64,000 nucleotides of DNA, taken from assembly GCF_009914755.1 (NCBI RefSeq), contig NC_060940.1; one strand, 5' to 3'. Positions 1 through 12,279 of the stretch are shown here, piece after piece; positions within the stretch are counted from its first letter, which is position 1, and the number at the start of each line of letters is the position of its first letter. The stretch is from the human T2T-CHM13v2.0 reference genome, Homo sapiens. A model generated the notes under the pieces. That model saw only the letters and a list, made by a program, of their open reading frames with translations. It did no database searches and was not told the DNA's origin. The position numbers and the translations under genes were made by a program.

Positions 1-3000
1 ATAAAAACTAGACTGAAGCATTCTCAGAAACTTGTTCCTCATGAGTGTACTAAATTAATAGAGTTGAACCTTTCTTTTGGTAGAGCAGATTCAAAACACG
101 CTTTTTGTGGAATCTGCAAGTGGATACTTGGATTGCTTTGAGGATTTCGTTGGAAACGGGAATATCTCTATATAAAAAGAAGAAGCATCCTCAGAAACTT
201 CTTTATGATGTTTGCATTCAAGTCACAGAGTTGAACATTCCCTTTCACAGAGCAGGTACGAAACAGTCTTTTTATCGTATCTGGAAGTGGACATTTGGAG
301 CGCTTTGAGGCCTATGGTGAAAAAGGAAATATCTTCCCATAAAATCTAGACAGAAGGATTCTCAGAAACTTGTTTGGGATGTGTGTACTCAACTAACAGT
401 GTTGAAACTTTGTTTTGATAGAGCAGCTTTCAAACACTCTTTTTGTAAAATCTGCAAGTGGATATTTGGATAGCTTTGAGGATTTCATTGGAAACGGGAT
501 TATCTTCATATAAAAAGTAGACGTAAGCTTTCTGAGATACGTCTTTGTGATGTTCCCATTCAAGTCTCAGAGTTGAACATTCCCATTCATAGACCAGGTT
601 TGAAACACTCTTTTTGTAGAATCTGGAAGTGGACATTTGGAGCGCTTTGAGGCCTCTGGTGGAATAGGAAATCTCTTCCCATAAAAACTAGACAGAAGTA
701 TTCTCAGAAACTTGTTTGTCATGTGTCTACTCAACTAACAGAGTTGAACCTTTCTCTTGATAGAGCAGATCGGAAACACTCCGTTTGTAGAATCTGCAAG
801 TGGATATTTGCATAGCTTTGAGGATTTCGTTGGAAACGGGAATATCATCATATAAAATCGAGGCACATGCATTCTCAGAAACTTCGTTATGATGATTGCA
901 TTCAAGACACAGGGTTGAACATTCCCTTTCATAGAGCAGGTATGAAACACTCTTTTTGTAGAATCTGGAAGTGGACATTTGGAGCGCTTGGAGGCCTATG
1001 GTGAAAAAGGAAATCTCTTCCCATAAAAACTAGACAGAAGCATTCTCAGAAACTTGTTTTTGATGTGTGTACTCAAGTAACAGAGTTGAACCTTTCTTTC
1101 GATAGAGCAGTTTTGAAACACTCTTGTTATACAATCCGCAAGTGGATATTTGGATTGCTTTGAGGATTTCGTTGGAAACAGGATTATCTCCATATGAAAA
1201 GAAGAAGCATCTCAGAAACTTCTTTGTGATGTTTAATTTCAAGTCACAGAGTTGAGCATTCCCTTTTACAGAGCAGGTTTGAAACAGTCTTTTTCTAGTA
1301 TCTGGAAGTGGACATTCCGAAGGCTTTGAGGCCTATGGTGAAAAAGGAAATCTCTTCCCATAAAAAGTAGACAGAAGCATTCTCAGAAACTTGTTTGTGA
1401 TGTGGGTACTCAACTAACAGGGTTGACCCTTTCTTTTGAGAGAGCAGATTTGAAACACTCTTTTTGCAGGATCTGCAAGTGGATATTTGGATAGCTTTGA
1501 GGATTTCGGAGGAAACGGGAATATCTTTATATAAAAAGCAGACAGAAGCATTTTCAGAAACTTCATTGTGATGTACGCATTCAAGTCCCAGAGTTGAACA
1601 TTCCCTTCCGTGGAGCAGGTTTCAAACACTCTTTTTGTTGTATCTGGAAATGGACATTTGGAGCGCTTTGAGGCCTACGGTGAAAAAGGAAACATCTTCA
1701 CATAAAAACTAGACAGAAGCATTCTCAGAAACTTGTTTGTCATGTGTGTAATCAACTAACAGTGTTGAAGCTTTCTTTTAATGAAGCAGTTTTCAAACTC
1801 TCTTTTAGAAGAATCTGCAAGTGGATATTTGGATAGCGTTGAGGATTTCGTTGGAAACGGGAATAGCTTCATATAAAATCTCGACAGAAGTATTCTCAGA
1901 ATCTACTTTGTGATGTTTGCATTCAAGTCACAGAGTTTAACAATCCCTTTCATAGAGCAGGTTTGAAACACTCTTTTGGTGGTATCTGGAAGTGGGCATT
2001 TGGAGCGCTTGTGGCGTATGGTGAAAAATAAAACTTCTTCCCATGAAAACTAGACTGAAGCAGTCTCAGAAACTTGTTCCTCATCTGTGTACTCAACTAA
2101 TAGAATTGAGCCTTTCTTTTGATAGAGCAGATTCGAAACACGCTTTTTGTGGAATCTGCAAGTGGATACTTGGATTGCTTTGGGGATTTCGTTGAAAACG
2201 GGAATATCTCTATATAGAAAGAAGAAGCATCCTCAGAAACTTCTTTGTGATGTTTGCGTTCAAGTCACAGAGTTGAACATTCCCTTTCATAGAGCAGGTT
2301 TGAAACAGTCTTTTTATAATATCTGGAAGTGGACATTTGGATTGCTTTGAGGCCTACGGTAAAAAAGAAAATATCTTCCCATAAAATCTAGACAGAATGA
2401 TTCTCAGAAACTTGTTTGGGATGTGTGTACTCAACTAACAGTGTTGGAACTTTATTTTGATAGAGCAGCTTTCAAACACTCTTTTTGTAAAATCTGCAAG
2501 TGGATATTTGGACAGCTTTGAGGATTTCGTTGGAAACGGGATTATCTTCATATAAAAAGTAGACGTAAGCCTTCTGAGAAACGTCTTTGTGATGTTTCCA
2601 TTCAACTCTCAGATTTGAACATTCCCTTTCATAGAGCAGGTTTGAAACACGCTTTTTGTAGTACCTGGAAGTGGACATTTGGAGCGCTTTGAGGCCTATG
2701 GTGGATAGGAAATCTCTTCCCATAAAAACTAGTCAGAAGCATTCTCAGAAACTTGTTTGTCATGTGTCTACTCAACTAACAGAGTTGAACCTTTCTCTTG
2801 ATAGAGCAGATGGGAAACACTCTGTTTGTAGAATCTGCAAGTGGATATTTGCACAGCTTTGAGGATGTCGTTGGAAACGCGAATATCCTCATATAAAATC
2901 GAGGCACATGCATTCTCAGAAACTTCTTTATGATGATTGCATTCAAGTCACAGGGTTGAACATTCCCTTTCATAGAGCTGGTATGAAACACTCTTTTTGT

Positions 3001-5874
3001 GGAATCTGGAAGTGGACATTTGGAGCGCTTTGGGGCCTATGGTGAAAAAGGAAATCTCTTCCCATAAAAACTAGACAGAAGCATTCTCAGAAACTTGTTT
3101 TTGATGTGTGTACTCAACTAACAGAGTTGAACCTTTCTTTTGATAGAGCAGTTTTGAAACACTCTTGTTATAGAATCTGCAAGTGGATATTTGGATTGCT
3201 TTGAGGATTTCGTTGGAAACGGGATTATCTCCATATGAAAAGAAGAAGCATCTCAGAAACTTCTTTGTGATGTTTGCTTTCAAGTCACAGAGTTGAGCAT
3301 TCCCTTTTACAGAGCAGGTTTGAAACAGTCTTTTTCTAGTATCTGGAAGTGGACATTCCGAAGGCTTTGAGGCCTATGGTGAAAAAGGAAATCTCTTCCC
3401 ATAAAAAGTAGACAGAAGCATTCTCAGAAACTTGTTTGTGATGTGTGTACTCAACTAACAGAGTTGACCCTTTCTTTTGAGAGAGCAGTTTGGAAACACT
3501 CTTTTTGTAGGATCTGCAAGTGGATATTTGGATAGCTTTGAGGATTTTGGACGAAACGGGACTATCTTTATATAAAAAGCAGACAGAAGCATTTTCAGAA
3601 ACTTCTTTGTGATGTACGCATTCAAGCCCCAGAGTTGAACATTCCCTTCCATGGAGCAGGTTTGAAACACTCTTTTTGTTGTATCTGGAAATGGACATTT
3701 GGAGCGCTTTGAGGCCTACGGTGAAAAAGGAAACATCTTCACATAAAAACTAGACAGAAGCATTCTCAGAAACTTGTTTGTCATGTGTGTACTCAACTAA
3801 CAGTGTTGAAGATTTCTTTTAATGAAGCAGTTTTCAAACTCTCTTTTAGAAGAATCTGCAAGTGGTTATTTGGATAGCGTTGAGGATTTCGTTGGAAACG
3901 GGAATAGCTTCATATAAAATCTCGACAGAAGTATTCTCAGAAACTGATTTGTGATGTTTGCATTCAAGTCACAGAGTTTAACAATCCCTTTCATAGAGCA
4001 GGTTTGAAACACTCTTTTGGTGGTATCTGGAAGTGGGCATTTGGAGCGCTTGTGCCGTATGGTGAAAAATAAAACTTCTTCCCATAAAAACTAGACTGAA
4101 GCCTTCTCAGAAACTTGATCCTCATGTGTGTACTCAACTAATAGAGTTGAACCTTTCTCTTGATAGAGCAGATTCCAAACACGCTTTTTGTGGAATCTGC
4201 AAGTGGATAGTTGCATTGCTTTGAGGATTTCGTTGGAAACGGGAATATCTCCATATAGAAAGAAGAAGCATCCTCAGAAACTTCTTTATGATGTTTGCAT
4301 TCAAGTCACAGAGTTGAACATTCCGTTTCACACAGCAGGTTTGACACAGTCTTTTTATAGTATCTGGAAGTGGACATTTGGAGCGCTTTGAGGCCTACGG
4401 TGAAAAAGGAAATATCTTCCCATAAAATAGACAGAAGGATTCTCAGAAACTTGTTTGGGATGTGTGTACTCAACTAACACTGTTGAAACTTTGTTTTGAT
4501 ACAGCAGCTTTCAGACACTCTTTTTGTAAAATCTGCAAGTGGATATTTGGACAGCTTTGAGGATTTCGTTGGAAACGGGATTCTCTTCATATAAAAAGTA
4601 GACGTAAGCCTTCTGAGAAACGTCTTTGTGATGTTTCCATTCAAGTCTCAGAGTTGAACATTCCCTTTCATAGAGCAGGTTTGAAACACGCTTTTTGTAG
4701 TATCTGGAAGTGTACATTTGGAGCGCTTTGAGGCCTATTGTGGATAGGAAATCTCTTCCCATAAAAACTAGACAGAAGCATTCTCAGAAACTTGTTTGTC
4801 ATGTGTCTACTCAACTAACAGAGTTGAACTTTTCTCTTGATAGAGCAGATCGGAAACACTCTGTTTGTAGAATCTGCAAGTGGATATTTGCATAGCTTTG
4901 AGGATGTCGTTGGAAACGGGAATATCCTCATATAAAATCGGGACAGATGCATTCTCAGAAACTTCTTTATGATGATTGCATTCAAGTCACAGAGTTGAAC
5001 ATTCCCTTTCATAGAGCAGGTATGAAACACTCTTTTTGTAGAATCTGGAAGTGGACATTTGGAGCGCTTGGAGGCCTATGGTGAAAAAGGAAATCTCTTC
5101 CCATAAAAACTAGACAGAAGCATTCTCTGAAACAAGTTTTTGATGTGTGTACTCAACTAACAGAGTTGAACCTTTCTTTTGATAGAGCAGTTTTGAAACA
5201 CTCTTGTTATAGAATCTGCAAGTGGATATTTGGATTGCTTTGAGGATTTCGTTGGAAATGGGATTATCTCCATATGAAAAGAAGAAGCATCTCAGAAACT
5301 TCTTTGTGATGTTTGCTTTCAACTCACAGAGTTGAGCATTCCCTTTTACAGAGCAGGTTTGAAACAGTCTTTTTCTAGTATCTGGAAGTGGACATTCCGA
5401 AGGCTTTGAGGCCTATGGTGAAAAAGGAAATCTCTTCCCATAAAAAGTAGACAGAAGCATTCTCAGAAACTTGTTTGTGATGTGTGTACTCAACTCACAG
5501 AGTTGACCCTTTCTTTTGAGAGAGCAGTTTGGAAACACTCTTTTTGTAGGATCTGCAAATGGATATTTGGATAGCTTTGAGGATTTCGGAGGAAACGGGA
5601 ATATCTTTATATAAAAAGCATACGGAAGCATTTTCAGAAACTTCTTTGTGATGTACGCATTCAAGTCCCAGAGTTGAACATTCCCTTCCGTGGAGCAGGT
5701 TTGAAACACTCTTTTTGTTGTATCTGGAAATGGACATTTGGAGCGCTTTGAGGCCTACGGTGAAAAAGGAAACATCTTCACATAAAAACTAGACAGAAGC
5801 ATTCTCAGAAACTTGTTTGTCAAGTGTGTAATCAACTAACAGTGTTGAAGCTTTCTTTTAATGAAGCAGTTTTC
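1..5874 (+). repeat. Alpha satellite, SF2-like 12-monomer HOR (~2.04 kb), left segment
   Basis: ~171-bp monomers alternate between a CENP-B-box type (TTTCGTTGGAAACGGGA) and a box-less type (ggacatttggagcgctttgaggcctatggtgaaaaagg). Homologous spurious ORFs recur at 105, 2147 and 4188 (period 2042/2041). SF2 assignment is by recalled monomer consensus. Confidence 0.9.
5862..5874 (+). repeat. Target-site duplication of BCLAF1 retrocopy, left copy (TGAAGCAGTTTTC)
   Basis: Identical 13-mer at 8921-8933. Uninterrupted sister HORs read aatgaagcagttttcaaactc (~1780, ~3821, ~11304). Confidence 0.96.
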
Positions 5875-5901
5875 TTTTTTTTTTACGTAACAATTTTCTA
5901 C

Positions 5902-5907
5902 TTTATT
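5902..5907 (-). terminator. Polyadenylation signal AATAAA of the retrocopy
   Basis: tttatt on the + strand, 17 nt from the poly(A) tail. Confidence 0.85.
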
Positions 5908-6098
5908 TCAGTACAATTTTCAACATACAGTCTACTATTTATCAAGATATTTGAAGACTTACAACAAAATTTCTATAGACTACTTGCAAACAGTAAAATT
6001 TAAGTAAAATGCTTACATTCTTATTTGAAAACAAAAATCAGGTAAAAAAAAAACGGTGGGTGCAAGTTCTGCTCTGTTGTAATCTTACTTCATATTTA

Positions 6099-8708
6099 TT
6101 ATTCCTTTTCTTCCTTGCATCTGTCCTTCTTTTCTTCATTATTTTCCATGGTCTCTTCTTCATCTTCAACAATCCCATCCCCTTGGTATTTGTCATGATT
6201 CCATTTAGGACTGCTACCTGATTTTTTGAAGTTAAAGCGCCCTCTGCCACGTTGAAAAGTACCACGACCTCTTCCTCTTTTGGCCCAATAATCCACACCA
6301 TCATCTCTGTCGTCATGAAAGGTTCCTCGTGGTCGGCTAACTCCTGCAAAGCCTGAGTATTCTTTCATTTCATGGTGAGTTTTAAATTCTTCTTCTCTTT
6401 CCTTCTTACTCTCCTTTTCTTCTCGAGAACTGGGAGAAGAAGGTGATGCTGAAGAGGATGAAGATCGAGAATGATCTTGCTCTCTTTTATGTTTACTGTC
6501 ATCTTTGTAAGATTTGTATTCCTTGTAATCTTTCGGAGTTTTTTCCTGCTTTCTTGATCCCCTGGATTCCCTGGAGCCCTTGGAATCTCCCCGTTCTTTA
6601 CTTCTTTCTTTTCTACGGTGATCAATGTCATGTCGAAGGTCAGCAGAGTCACACCTTAATTTTTTATCTCCCTTTTGATTTTCTTCTTTAAAAACTCTCT
6701 CTTCCCCTGCTAAACGGGTATCCTTCCTCAGGGTACTTGGTGAGATGTCAATTCTCCTGTGTATTTCAGGGCTCTTTTGCCGAGTACTATGTTCTTCAGT
6801 GGCTTTCTGATACGAAGTGAACCGCTCGCTTAGGGTCATTGCAGCTGACTTGAAGTATTGCTCTTTAACATGATGAACCAAGGACACAATGTGTTGAATA
6901 AATGACTCTGAAGTGCTTTTGCTGGCCTGTGGCAACTTAATGTGGTCAAAGATGGATCGGAATTCTTGCTCCTTCTTGACAGAATGGACAAGTGTACTAG
7001 CAAGCAGCCTGTCTTTAGTCAAGGAAGCAGGTCTGTTAGAATCATCAAGAGGAACGGGTGCCATTTTGAGTTTGACTTCAGGACGGTGAGAATCACTCGC
7101 TATCATTTTGATCCTAAGTGGGCTTTCCTCTCTGAAGGTAGACTTTTCTCGTGCATCCAGATTCTTGTGTAGAGGGGGACTGTAATCAAAGAGGTCTTTG
7201 AGCTTTTCAGACTTTACCTGCTCAGGTGACTGAGTTTCTTTCTTTACTGTTATTCTTTCAGAATTTTTGTCTTCTTCTTTGTGCTTATCTTTTGTAGTGC
7301 TAGGCCTTTCCACCACATATCCAGTCTCTTTATGTTTATCATTTTTTTCTTCTCTAAATCCATCACTTTCTCTATTGCCTTTCAGTGAAACTTTGGACTT
7401 GTACTTGAGTCCTTCCTCCTCAGTATTCCGGTGAGATGCAGTAGCAAAACTTTTACCCTGATCTGCGAGGACTGACTTCCTGAACTGTCTATAATCCTCT
7501 GTCTCCTCTGTGTCATCCCCTTCTGAATCATTAAACTTTTGTTTTCCAGACTCTTTATCACTGAAGTAATCTAGAGCTTCCTGATCTTCCCATTCTCCCT
7601 CTGCCCTCCCTTTCTCTGATCCTTTCTCTTTTGAAGCCTCTTTATCCCTGGTATTACCCCTATCAAGCAGGAATACTCTAGACTCTTCATCTGTGAACCT
7701 TTTTAAGAACTTCCCAGTCTTTGCAGTTTCCTGATCTCCACCATCAGGATAAAACGAGGAACGGCCCCTAGACTCATCTCTTGGAGCATTCTGTGGTGCG
7801 ATTGTCTTTGCAGGACTTCTTCGTGAAGGGATGTGATGAATTGGACTATTCTGAGAAGGACTGTATCGACTAGATCCATTTCCAACAGAACCAGACCCAG
7901 ACCTTTCAGGACTATGCTGAATGGAATGTGAATGCTGAGAAGGAGTATTTTTTGCAGAGTGAACTGTACTGAGCATGGGAGCATCAGAGCAAGATGAACT
8001 CTGACTAGGTGGTGTAGCAATAGGTGAAGGACTATGGGGTGATCTAGGACTATTATCATAAGCTGAAAGGCCAGGCCAAATATCACTGCATGTGGCTGAC
8101 GACTTATTAAATTCATCGATAGACTCAGATGGGTCATGTTCAAATGTATCTTTCGGTTCCTCCTGTGATTTACTTTTCAACGGACTCTCTTCTTGGGGTT
8201 CCCCTTCAGCTTTTTTGGTTTGTTTTTCCTGAGACCCTCGTCTTTTAGAAACAGGAGATTTGCTATATGGGGATGAAGAACGAGAAGAGGATGATCTTGG
8301 AGACCTAGAAGATCTATATGACCGGCGAGATCTGCTTCTGGATCTTTGAGAAGAAACGGATCTTCTTTTTGGACTCCTGGAACGTGAACGACCTCGTCTA
8401 GGACTCCTAGAGTGCCTTCTATTCCAGACAGGTCTATAACCACCTCGATGATATCTACCTCCTCCTCCTTGATAATACCCTCTACCCCTTCCTCTGTACC
8501 CATAAGGTCGTCTCATTGCTCTATTATTTCTATAATCACGACGATAATCTCTAGAATACATACGATCTCTACTACGAGACCTTGAATATGTTCTGGAACG
8601 AGACCTGTATCGCTTCTTTCTAGAATGAGATCTTGATCTTGATCGAGAACTAGACTGTGATCTAGACTTTGACCTTGAAGAATGTGATCTAGAATTGGAG
8701 CGACCCAT
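6099..8708 (-). CDS. Intact 869-aa BCLAF1-like ORF (RS-rich N-terminus, THRAP3/BCLAF1 family); expression unknown
   Basis: [18 protein letters not shown]...[19 protein letters not shown]...EEKE with no stops or frameshifts. ATG and TAA are present at the parental positions. Confidence 0.85.
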   Translation of the reverse strand: MGRSNSRSHSSRSKSRSQSSSRSRSRSHSRKKRYRSRSRTYSRSRSRDRMYSRDYRRDYRNNRAMRRPYGYRGRGRGYYQGGGGRYHRGGYRPVWNRRHSRSPRRGRSRSRSPKRRSVSSQRSRSRSRRSYRSSRSPRSSSSRSSSPYSKSPVSKRRGSQEKQTKKAEGEPQEESPLKSKSQEEPKDTFEHDPSESIDEFNKSSATCSDIWPGLSAYDNSPRSPHSPSPIATPPSQSSSCSDAPMLSTVHSAKNTPSQHSHSIQHSPERSGSGSVGNGSSRYSPSQNSPIHHIPSRRSPAKTIAPQNAPRDESRGRSSFYPDGGDQETAKTGKFLKRFTDEESRVFLLDRGNTRDKEASKEKGSEKGRAEGEWEDQEALDYFSDKESGKQKFNDSEGDDTEETEDYRQFRKSVLADQGKSFATASHRNTEEEGLKYKSKVSLKGNRESDGFREEKNDKHKETGYVVERPSTTKDKHKEEDKNSERITVKKETQSPEQVKSEKLKDLFDYSPPLHKNLDAREKSTFREESPLRIKMIASDSHRPEVKLKMAPVPLDDSNRPASLTKDRLLASTLVHSVKKEQEFRSIFDHIKLPQASKSTSESFIQHIVSLVHHVKEQYFKSAAMTLSERFTSYQKATEEHSTRQKSPEIHRRIDISPSTLRKDTRLAGEERVFKEENQKGDKKLRCDSADLRHDIDHRRKERSKERGDSKGSRESRGSRKQEKTPKDYKEYKSYKDDSKHKREQDHSRSSSSSASPSSPSSREEKESKKEREEEFKTHHEMKEYSGFAGVSRPRGTFHDDRDDGVDYWAKRGRGRGTFQRGRGRFNFKKSGSSPKWNHDKYQGDGIVEDEEETMENNEEKKDRCKEEKE

Positions 8709-8851
8709 TTCTTTTCTCCTTGGGTTTATGCAGGATCAAGAAGTCAAGTGAAGTCTTTGAGATACTGTAAAAATTCTTCCTGGAGAGAATGCTCTGAGAA
8801 ATTAAACTCTAAATTCGAATTCCTGACACGCCGAATCGCGGTTACGGGAAT

Positions 8852-8881
8852 TTATCTCCGTTGCAACCACACAGCGGCCAT
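8852..8881 (-). promoter_or_regulatory. uORF (MAAVWLQRR*) in the retrocopy 5' UTR
   Basis: ATG GCC GCT GTG TGG TTG CAA CGG AGA TAA in context GAAATGG (purine at -3, G at +4). Confidence 0.55.
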
Positions 8882-8920
8882 TTCCCGATTCAAGAATGCG
8901 AGGAAAACTATAGAGCTACC

Positions 8921-8933
8921 TGAAGCAGTTTTC
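8921..8933 (+). repeat. Target-site duplication of BCLAF1 retrocopy, right copy
   Basis: TGAAGCAGTTTTC, after which the satellite resumes in phase (aaactctcttttagaag). Confidence 0.96.
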
Positions 8934-11900
8934 AAACTCTCTTTTAGAAGAATCTGCAAGTGGATATTTGGATAGCGTTGAGGATTTCGTTGGAAACGGG
9001 AATAGCTTCATATAAAATCTCGACAGAAGTATTCTCAGAAACTACTTTGTGATGTTTGCATTCAAGTCACAGAGTTTAACAATCCCTTTCATAGAGCAGG
9101 TTTGAAACACTCTTTTTGTGGTATCTGGAAGTGGGCATTTGGAGCGCTTGTGGCCTATGGTGATAAATAAAACTTCATCCTATGAAAACCAGACTGAAGC
9201 ATTCTCAGAAACTTGTTCCTCATGTGTGTACTGAACTAATAGAGTTGAACCTTTCTTTTGATAGAGCAGATTCGAAACACGCTTTTTGTGGAATCTGCAA
9301 GTGGATACTTGGATTGCTTTGAGGATTTCGTTGGAAACGGGAATATCTCTATATAGAAAGAAGAAGCATCCTCAGAAACTTCTTTATGACGTTTGCATTC
9401 AAGTCACAGAGTTGAACATTCCCTTTCACAGAGCAGGTTTGAAACAGTCTTTTTATAGTATCTGGAAGTGGACATTTGGAGCGCTTTGAGGCCTATGGTG
9501 AAAAAGGAAATATCTTCCCATAAAATCTAGACAGAAGGATTCTCAGAAACTTATTTGGGATGTCTGTACTCAACTAACAGTGTTGAAAGTTTGTTTTGAT
9601 AGAGCAGCTTTCACACACTCTTTTTGTAAACTCTGCAAGTGGATATTTGGACAGCTTTGAGGATTTCGTTGGAAACGGGATTCTCTTCATATAAAAAGTA
9701 GACGTAAGCCTTCTGAGAAACGTCTTTGTGATGTTTCCATTCAAGTCTCAGAGTTGAACATTCCCTTTCATAGAGCAGATTTGAAACACGCTTTTTGTAG
9801 TATCTGGAAGTGGACATTTGGAGCGCTTTGAGGCCTATTGTGGATAGGAAATCTCCTCCCATAAAAACTAGACAGAAGCATTCTCAAAAACTTGTTTGTC
9901 ATGTGTCTACTCAACTAACAGAGTTGAACCTTTCTCTTGATAGAGCAGACCAGAAACACACTGTTTGTAGAATCTGCAAGTGGATATTTGTATAGCTTTG
10001 AGAATTTCGTTGGAAACGGGAATATCATCATATAAAATCTAGACAGATGCATTCTCAGAAACTTCTTTATCATGATTGCATTCAAGTCACGGAGTTGAAC
10101 TTTCCCTTTCATAGAGCAGGTATGAAACACTCTTTCTGTAGAATCTGGAAGTGGACATTTGGAGCGCTTTGAGGCCTATGGTGAAAAAGGAAATCTCTTC
10201 CCATAAAAACAAGACAGAAGCATTCTCAGAAACTTGCTTGTCATGTGTCTACTCAACTAACAGAGTTGAACCTTTCTCTTGATAGAGCAGATCGGAAACA
10301 CTCTGTTTCTAGAATCTGCAAGTGGATATTTGCATAGCTTAGAGGATTTCGTTGGAAACGGGAATATCCTCATATATAATCTAGACAGATGCATTCTCAG
10401 AAACTTCTTTATGATGATTGCATTCAAGTCACAGAGTTGAACATTCCCTTTCATAGAGCAGGTATGAAACACTCTTTTTGTAGAATCTGGAAAGGGACAT
10501 TTGTAGTGCTTTGTGGCCTATGGTGAAAAAGGAAATCTCTTCCCATAAAAACTAGACAGAAGCATTATCAGAAACCTGTTTTTGATGTGTGTACTCAACT
10601 AACAGAGTTGAACCTTTCTTTTGATAGAGCAGTTTTGAAACACTCTTGTTATAGAATCTGCAAGTGGATATTTGGATTGCTTTGAGGATTTCGTTGGAAA
10701 CGGGATTATCTCGATATGAAAAGAAGAAGCATTCTCAGAAACTTCTTTGTGATGTTTGCTTTCAACTCACAGAGTTGAGCATTCCCTTTTACAGAGCAGG
10801 TTTGAAACAGTCTTTTTCTAGTATCTGGAAGTGGACATTCCGAAGGCTTTGAGGCCTATGGTGAAAAAGGAAATCTCTTCCCATAAAAAGTAGACAGAAG
10901 CATTCTCAGAAACTTGTTTGTGATGTGTGTACTCAACTAACAGAGTTCGCCCTTTCTTTTGAGAGAGCAGTTTTGAAACACTCTTTTTGTAGGATCTGCA
11001 AGTGGATATTTGGATAGCTTTGAGGATTTCGGAGGAAACGGGAATATCTTTATATAAAAAGCAGACAGAAGCATTTTCAGAAACTTCTTTTGTGATGTAC
11101 GCATTCAAGTCCCAGAGTTGAACATTCCCTTCCGTGGAGCAGGTTTGAAACACTCTTTTTGTTGTATCTGGAAATGGACATTTGGAGCGCTTTGAGGCCT
11201 ACGGTGAAAAAGGAAATATCTTCCCATAAAAACTAGAGAGAAACATTCTCAGAAACTTGTTTGTCATGTGTGTAATCAACTAACAGTGTTGAAGCTTTCT
11301 TTTAATGAAGCAGTTTTCAAACTCTCTTTTAGAAGAATCTGCAAGTGGGTATTTGGATAGCGATGAGGGTTTCGTTGGAAACGGGAATAGCTTCATATAA
11401 AATCTCGACAGAAGTATTCTCAGAAACTGATTTGTGATGTTTGCATTCAAGTCACAGGGTTTAACAATCCCTTTCATAGAGCAGGTTTTAAACAATCTTT
11501 TGGTGGTATCTGAAAGTGGGCATTTGGAGGGCTTGTGGCCTATGGTGATAAATAAGACTTCTTCCCATAAAAACTAGACAGAAGCATTCTCAGAAACTTG
11601 TTCCTCATGAGTGTACTCAACTAATAGAGTTGAACCTTTCTTTTGATACAGCAGATTCGAAACACGCTTTTTGTGGAATCTGCAAGTGGATACTTGGATT
11701 GCTTTGAGGATTTCGTTGGAAACGGGAATATCTCTATATAGAAAGAAGAAGCATCCTCAGAAACTTCTTTATGACGTTTGCATTCAAGTCACAGGGTTAA
11801 ACATTCCCTTTCACAGAGCAGGTTTGAAACAGTCTTTTTATAGTATCTGGAAGTGGACATTTGGAGCGCTTTGAGGCCTATGGTGAAAAAGGAAATATCT

Positions 11901-12279
11901 TCCCATAAAATCTAGACAGAAGGATTCTCAGAAACTTGTTTGGGATGTCTGTACTCAACTAACAGTGTTGAAACTTTGTTTTGATAGAGCAGTTTTCAGA
12001 CACTCTTTTTGTAAAATCTGCAAGTGGATATTTGGACAGCTTTGAGGATTTCTTTGGAAACCGAATTCTCTTGATATAAAAAGTAGACGTAAGCCTTCTG
12101 AGAAACGTCTTTGTGATGTTTCCATTCAAGTCTCAGAGTTGAACATTCCCTTTTATAGAGCAGGTTTGAAACACGCTTTTTGTAGTATCTGGAAGTGGAC
12201 ATTTGGAGCGCTTTGAGGCCTATTGTGGATAGGAAATCTCTTCCCATAAAAACTAGACAGAAGCATTCTCAGAAACTTG
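8921..12279 (+). repeat. Alpha satellite, SF2-like 12-mer HOR, right segment, including one 14-mer variant
   Basis: Marker ORF at 9286 and 11671 (spacing 2385, about 2043+342). Dimer duplicated at 9879-10220 and 10221-10562. Confidence 0.9.

Larger units (their letters stand above)
5875..8920 (-). pseudogene. BCLAF1P2: Processed (retrotransposed) copy of BCLAF1 mRNA, probably the locus annotated BCLAF1P2
   Basis: Intronless. T10 tail at 5875-5884, AATAAA on the minus strand at 5902-5907, 214-nt 3' UTR, 212-nt 5' UTR and a 13-bp TSD. The protein is recognisably BCLAF1. The P2 label is from memory of a chr16 pseudogene and is less certain than the retrocopy call. Confidence 0.9.

Noticed and set aside
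1504-1520. CENP-B box variant TTTCGGAGGAAACGGGA as a loss-of-function site
   Set aside because: The substitutions fall in non-essential positions; the TTCG, A and CGGG core is retained.
6009-8503. Alternate-frame and antisense ORFs within the BCLAF1 copy
   Set aside because: By-products of low-complexity coding sequence with no independent support.
5875-8920. Possibility that this is the true BCLAF1 gene or cDNA contamination
   Set aside because: No introns, and the poly(A) tail plus perfect TSD in phase with the satellite show genuine retrotransposition.
8748-8975. 75-aa ORF crossing the retrocopy/satellite junction
   Set aside because: GTG start; antisense UTR fused to satellite; chance ORF.
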